Of a stretch of DNA of 64,000 nucleotides, positions 59,270-64,000 are shown piece after piece. Made by a program: the position numbers and the translations under genes. Position 1 is the first letter of the stretch; every line of letters starts with the position of its first letter. The stretch covers positions 62,163,164 to 62,227,163 of the forward strand of contig NC_083406.1 of assembly GCF_020745735.1 (NCBI RefSeq). Reading direction: 5' to 3'. Source of the DNA: Hemiscyllium ocellatum. Lineage: Eukaryota. The notes under the pieces are model-generated. The model was not told where the DNA came from and did no database searches. It saw only the letters and a list, made by a program, of their open reading frames with translations.

Positions 59270-61700
59270 AATTCATTGAATATTTGGAACAATTTCTTAG
59301 GCCAGCATGTCATAGCACCAGCCACAGAGCAGGCTCGAGCTGAAAATTTATTGCTGGAAAAGTGCAGCTTATGCCCGAAACGTCGAATCTCCTGTTCCTT
59401 GGATGCTGCCTGACCTGCTGTGCTTTTCCAGCAACACATTTTCAGCTCTGATCTCCAGCATCTGCAGACCTTACTTTCTCCTCCATAGAGCAGGCTCGAC
59501 TTGGCCTGATTTTGCCCAGTGAGATGAGATTAGTCACTAACCTAACGAAATTATCCCGGGGTAGCATTTTATGTACAGATTACAGGACAGAAGTATGGAT
59601 CCAAGCTAACTATTTTGAATTTAAGCAAAAGCAGGACATGAAGGCAGAACTAGCGGAGGTTAACTAGAAATTTAGGTCAAGGGATAGTCAATAGAGATGC
59701 AGTGGCAAACGTTTAAGGAGGTATCCCAGAAAAAGCAGATTAGATACATGCCAACAAATAAGAAATATTCTAAGGGACAGACCCCACCTGTTAAGTAAAT
59801 AAAGTCAAAAATAGAATCAAACTCAAACACAAGACATGTAATTGTGCAAAGATAGGTGACAGGTCAGCAGATTGAACAGAATTTTTAAAATAGCAAAGAA
59901 TCACTAAAAGATTAATAAGAAGGAAACATTACAATGCAAGAGAATTTTAACCAAAAATATAAAAACAGATATGAAACAGTTTCTCAGGAATTTAAAAAAA
60001 AAGAGACTTAATAAAATACGTGTTGATCCTAAGAAAATGAGTCCGGGGAATTAGTGATGGAAGATAAAGAGATGGCAGGCAAATCGAGCAGGTATTTTAA
60101 ATCAATGTTCACAAGTAGCATCCCAGAAATAACTAAAAACTAGGAATTGAAAAGAGTGAGGAATTCAAGAAAATCATAGTTACCGATGAAAGAGCACTGA
60201 ATAAACTGTTGAATCCGTGAATTGACAAGTTCTTGGATCCTAATCCTATGGCCTTAAAATAAGTAGTTGGTGAAATAGTTGATGCATTGCTTTTAATTTT
60301 CTAAAATTCAGTGAAGATCCCTTTAGATTGGAAAATAATTAATGTAACTCCTTTATTCAAAAAGACAGAAAGCAGAAAACTAGAGGACAGCTAGTTGTCC
60401 TATGGAGAATGTTAGGAGCTATTTTTAAAGACATTATAACTTGGATAGTTTTGAGGTAATCAGACAGAGCCAACATGGTTTTTTCAAAGGGAAATCATGT
60501 TTCCTAATTTATTGACATTTTAAAAGAAGTAACTTATGTTTTAGATAAGAGCAACCTGTGGATATATTGTATTTAGATTTTCAAAAAGCTAAGGTGCCAC
60601 ATCAAAGATTATTGTGAAAAGTAAAAGTTCATGATGTTGGTGGTAACAGATTGGCATGAAAATTGGTTGAATAGCAGGAAGCAGAGAGTCACTATAAATG
60701 GATCTTTTTCAAGCCGGCAGAATGTCACAAGTCACGTGTCAGGGGGTCAGTGCTGAGGCCTCATCTTTCACAATTTATATGAATGAGTTGAATGAAAGGG
60801 TCAAAAGTATGATAAGCAAATTTGTTGATGACACAAAGATTCTGAGTTGTGAAGAGGACATAAGGAGCCTACACAGGAATGTAGATGGGTCAAATGAGTG
60901 AGCAAAATTCTGGAAAATGGGAAAATACAAAGTTGTCCATTTTTCCAGAAAGAATGAAAAAAAAAACATATTATCGAAATGGTGAGAAGTTGTAGAGCTC
61001 TGAGATGCAGAGAGATCTGAGTGTCCCACTGCATGAATCACAGAAGATTAGTATGCAGGTACTCACCAGGAAATCATGTAATCAAGAAAGCTAACAGAAT
61101 GTCATATTTTATTGCAATGGAATTCAATACAAGAGTAGGGCAGTTATACAGGGAATTGGTGAGACACACATCTGAATACCATGTACAGTACTGGTAACCA
61201 TGGTTATGGATGAATGTTAATGTATTGGAAGCAGAGAAGGTTTATTAAACTAATACCTAGAATGAACAGATTACCTTATGAAGACAGGAAAGGCCTCTGG
61301 AGTTTTGAGTAGTCTGAGGTGAATTAATTGAAACATAAGATCCTGTGGGGGCTTGGCTGGGTGGATGTTGAAAGGATTTTCCCTCTTGCCAGAGAATCCA
61401 GAACGAGGGATCATAGTTTAAAAATGAGGGTCTGCTCAACACAGATAGGAAACATTTTGTCTTTCAGTTCTGTATGTCTTTGTAATTCCCTTCTTCAAAA
61501 GGCCATGGATGTAGAATCATTAAAGAATTTTAAGCTAGAGAGAGAGAGAGAGATTCTTGATTATCAATGGAATGAAAGATTATCAGGGATTTTCAGAAAT
61601 ATAGTATTGAGGTTAAAATCAGATCAGTCATTTACTTGTTGAACAGCAAAGCAGGCACAAAGGGCCAAGGGGCTTACTCTTATTCCTTGTTTGTATGTTT
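59270..61700 (+). mobile_element. Old decayed CR1 LINE
   Basis: ISKFVDDTK and ERIFPLARESRTRDHSLK remnants, many stops. Confidence 0.8.
59337..59482. mobile_element. Short PLE fold-back
   Basis: TSD cca(c/t)agagcaggctc(ga) at 59322-59338 and 59483-59499; short inverted left arm. Confidence 0.85.
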
Positions 61701-61889
61701 GTAATGATGGCTAGGTAAGGATGCTCTGGTCTGTACAATCTGTTTCACGTAATTGTAATATACTGTGTATCACAATTTGAACTATTAACCATCCAAAACC
61801 ACATGATTTCACAGGTGGCATAATAAAGCAGACGAAAAAAAAAATATGATGTTGGGGAAGTGTCTTATGAAGTTTCTCTGCTATCAATC

Positions 61890-62000
61890 TTGTGGTGCAG
61901 TGGCAGTGTCCCTGCCTCTGTGACGGGAAACCAGGTTCCAGCCCCAGCTGCTTCAGAGCTGTCTAATAACCTCTCTGAACAGGTTGATTATAAAATCTCT
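61890..62000 (+). mobile_element. Short tRNA-headed SINE
   Basis: gtggtgcagtggcagtgtccctgcctct...ctctgaacaggttgatt; related copies at ~1090-1280 (-) and 48275-48345 (+). Confidence 0.55.
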
Positions 62001-62134
62001 CAGAAGAATGAGAAAGAAAAGAAGGGATTAGCCATTCCAACAAAACCTGAGATATGTGATTCAGGGGTCTGCAACTGTGGATGAGCAAACTGTCTACTGA
62101 ATGACAGGGTATCCAAGGTGTTGCAGCTTTTTTA

Positions 62135-64000
62135 AAATTCATTTATGGGATGTGGGTGTCACTGGCTGGTCAGCATTTATTGCGTGTCCCTAGTTGCCCT
62201 TGAGAAAGTGGTGATGAGCTACCTTCTGCAGTCCATTTGCTGTGGGTTTACCCCAATGCCATTATGGAGGAAATTCCAGGATTTTGATCCAGGAACAGTG
62301 AAGGAAGCACAAAATATTCCCAAGTCAGAATGATAAGTAGCTCAAAAGGGAGCTTTCAGGTAATGGTGTTCCCATATATCTGCTCCCCTTGTCTTTCTAG
62401 ATGGAAGTGGTCATGGATTTGCAAGGTGCTGTCTAATGATCTTTGGTGAATTTCTGTAGCACAACTTGTAGATAGCACACACTGCTGCTACTAATTGTCG
62501 CAGGTGAGGGAGTGGATCTTAGTGGATGTGGTGCCAATCAAGCCGACTGCTTTGTCCTGGATGAGGTCAAGCCTCTTGAGTGTTTTTGGGGCTGCATTCA
62601 TCCATGCAAGTGGGGGGTATTCCATCACACTGCTGACTTATGCCTTGTAGATGGTTGATGGGTTTTGGAGAGTCAGGAGGTGAGTTACTTGCTGTAGTAT
62701 TCCTAGATGCTGACCTGCTCTTATAGCCACCATGTTTATGTGGCAAGTCCAGTTGAGTTTCTGGTCAGTGGTAAACCCAAGGATGTTGATATTAGAGGAT
62801 TCAGTGATGGTAACACCATTAAATGGCAAGGGTATTTTATTTGAGATGGTATTGCCTGGCATTTTTATGGTGTGAATGTTACTTGCCACTTGTCAGCTCA
62901 AGCCTGGATATTGTCCAAATCTTGTTGCATTTGAACATAGACTTTTGACTATCTGAGTAGTCGTAAATGGTGCTGAACATTGTGCAGTCATCAGCGAACA
63001 TCCTCACTTCTGACCTTATGATGGAGAGAGGGGAATTGATGAAGCAGCTGATGACCTCAGATACTAGCCTGGGGAACTCCCGCAGAAATGTCCTAAAGCT
63101 GAGATGACTGACCTCCAACAACCACAATCATCTTCCTGTGTGTGAGGTATGACTCCAACCAATGTTGAAGTTTGCCCCCAGATACCCATTGACTCCAGTT
63201 TTTCTACACCAGGTCAAAGATGGCCTTGATGTCAAGCACTAGTGTAGGCTAGTCCTTGTGTGGGCTAGTGTAGGTTAGGTGGGCTTGGATCGGCGCAACA
63301 TCGAGGGCTGAAGGGCCTGTACTGCGCTGTATTTTTCTATGTTCTATGACTGTCACTCTCACCTCACCTCTGGAATTCAGCTCTTTTGTCCATGTTTGAA
63401 CCAAGGCTGGAATGAGGTCAGGAGCTGCGTGGCCCTGGTGGAATCCAAATTGAGCATCACTGAACAGGTTATTGCTGAGCAGAGTTGATCACCTTCCATC
63501 ACTTTACTGATGATTGTGAGTAGGCTGATGGGGTGGTATTGGTTGTGTTAGATTTCTCCTGCTTTTTACAACGCGGCATGTTGACTCATTGGTAATCACT
63601 GCTGCCTTACAGCACCAGGCTCCCAGGTTCGATTCCAACCTGTGTGGAGTTTGCACATTTCCCCATGTCTATGCGGGTTTTCTCCGGGTATTCCGGTTTC
63701 CTCCCACAGTCCAAAGATGTGCAGGTCAGGTGAATTGGCCATGCTAAATTACCCATAGTGTTAGGTGCATTTGTCAGAGGGAGATGGGACTAGGTGGGTT
63801 ACTCTTCGGAGGGTCGATGTGGACTTGTTGGGCCATAGGTCCTGTTTTCACACTGTAGGGAATCTAATCTAATCTTTACATACAGGAGGTACCTGGACAA
63901 TTTTCTCCAATGTCAGGTACATGCCAACCAAAAGTAATTTCACTGAAACAACTTGGCAAGGGGAGCAACCAATTCTAGAGTACAAATCTTCATTACTATT
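62135..64000 (-). mobile_element. Decayed LINE (CR1/L2 group) 3' portion with nested SINE pieces
   Basis: VRMFADDCTMFS RT motif; NILGFTTDQKLNWTCHIN; related fragments at 3465-4095 (-), 46590-47460 (+) and 53270-53600 (+). Confidence 0.75.
63571..63875 (+). mobile_element. HE1/V-SINE-type SINE, full length
   Basis: B-box aggttcgattcc; V-core; (aatct)3 tail; possible tttaca duplication. Confidence 0.85.

Overview
Eukaryotic, repeat-rich vertebrate genomic DNA, most likely from a shark or other elasmobranch (HE1-type SINEs, HER1/CR1-type LINEs). The window holds one complete protein-coding gene, ANKRD42, on the minus strand. I traced 12 coding exons by hand from ATG 48974 to stop 2505. All introns are GT-AG with consistent phases, giving a 1611-nt CDS and a 536-aa ankyrin-repeat/coiled-coil protein. 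The rest is mostly transposon-derived: CR1 LINEs, a near-full-length decayed L1, RTE and Rex/Babar fragments, and tRNA-derived SINEs. The most notable layer is a dense set of Penelope-like element (PLE) insertions from at least four families, about 80 bp to 5 kb long. Most are flanked by 9-17 bp target-site duplications (TSDs), many are head-to-head fold-backs, and they carry minimal hammerhead-ribozyme motifs (CUGANGA-stem II-GAAA-CG-UH), several with intact cores. They share a ~32-44 nt one-sided overhang, and two families share a double stem 3' of the ribozyme. Several motifs lie on the ANKRD42 pre-mRNA strand. An inverted copy of the L1 5' junction plus flank also sits inside the L1. All assignments come from reading the sequence and from recalled family features; no searches were run.
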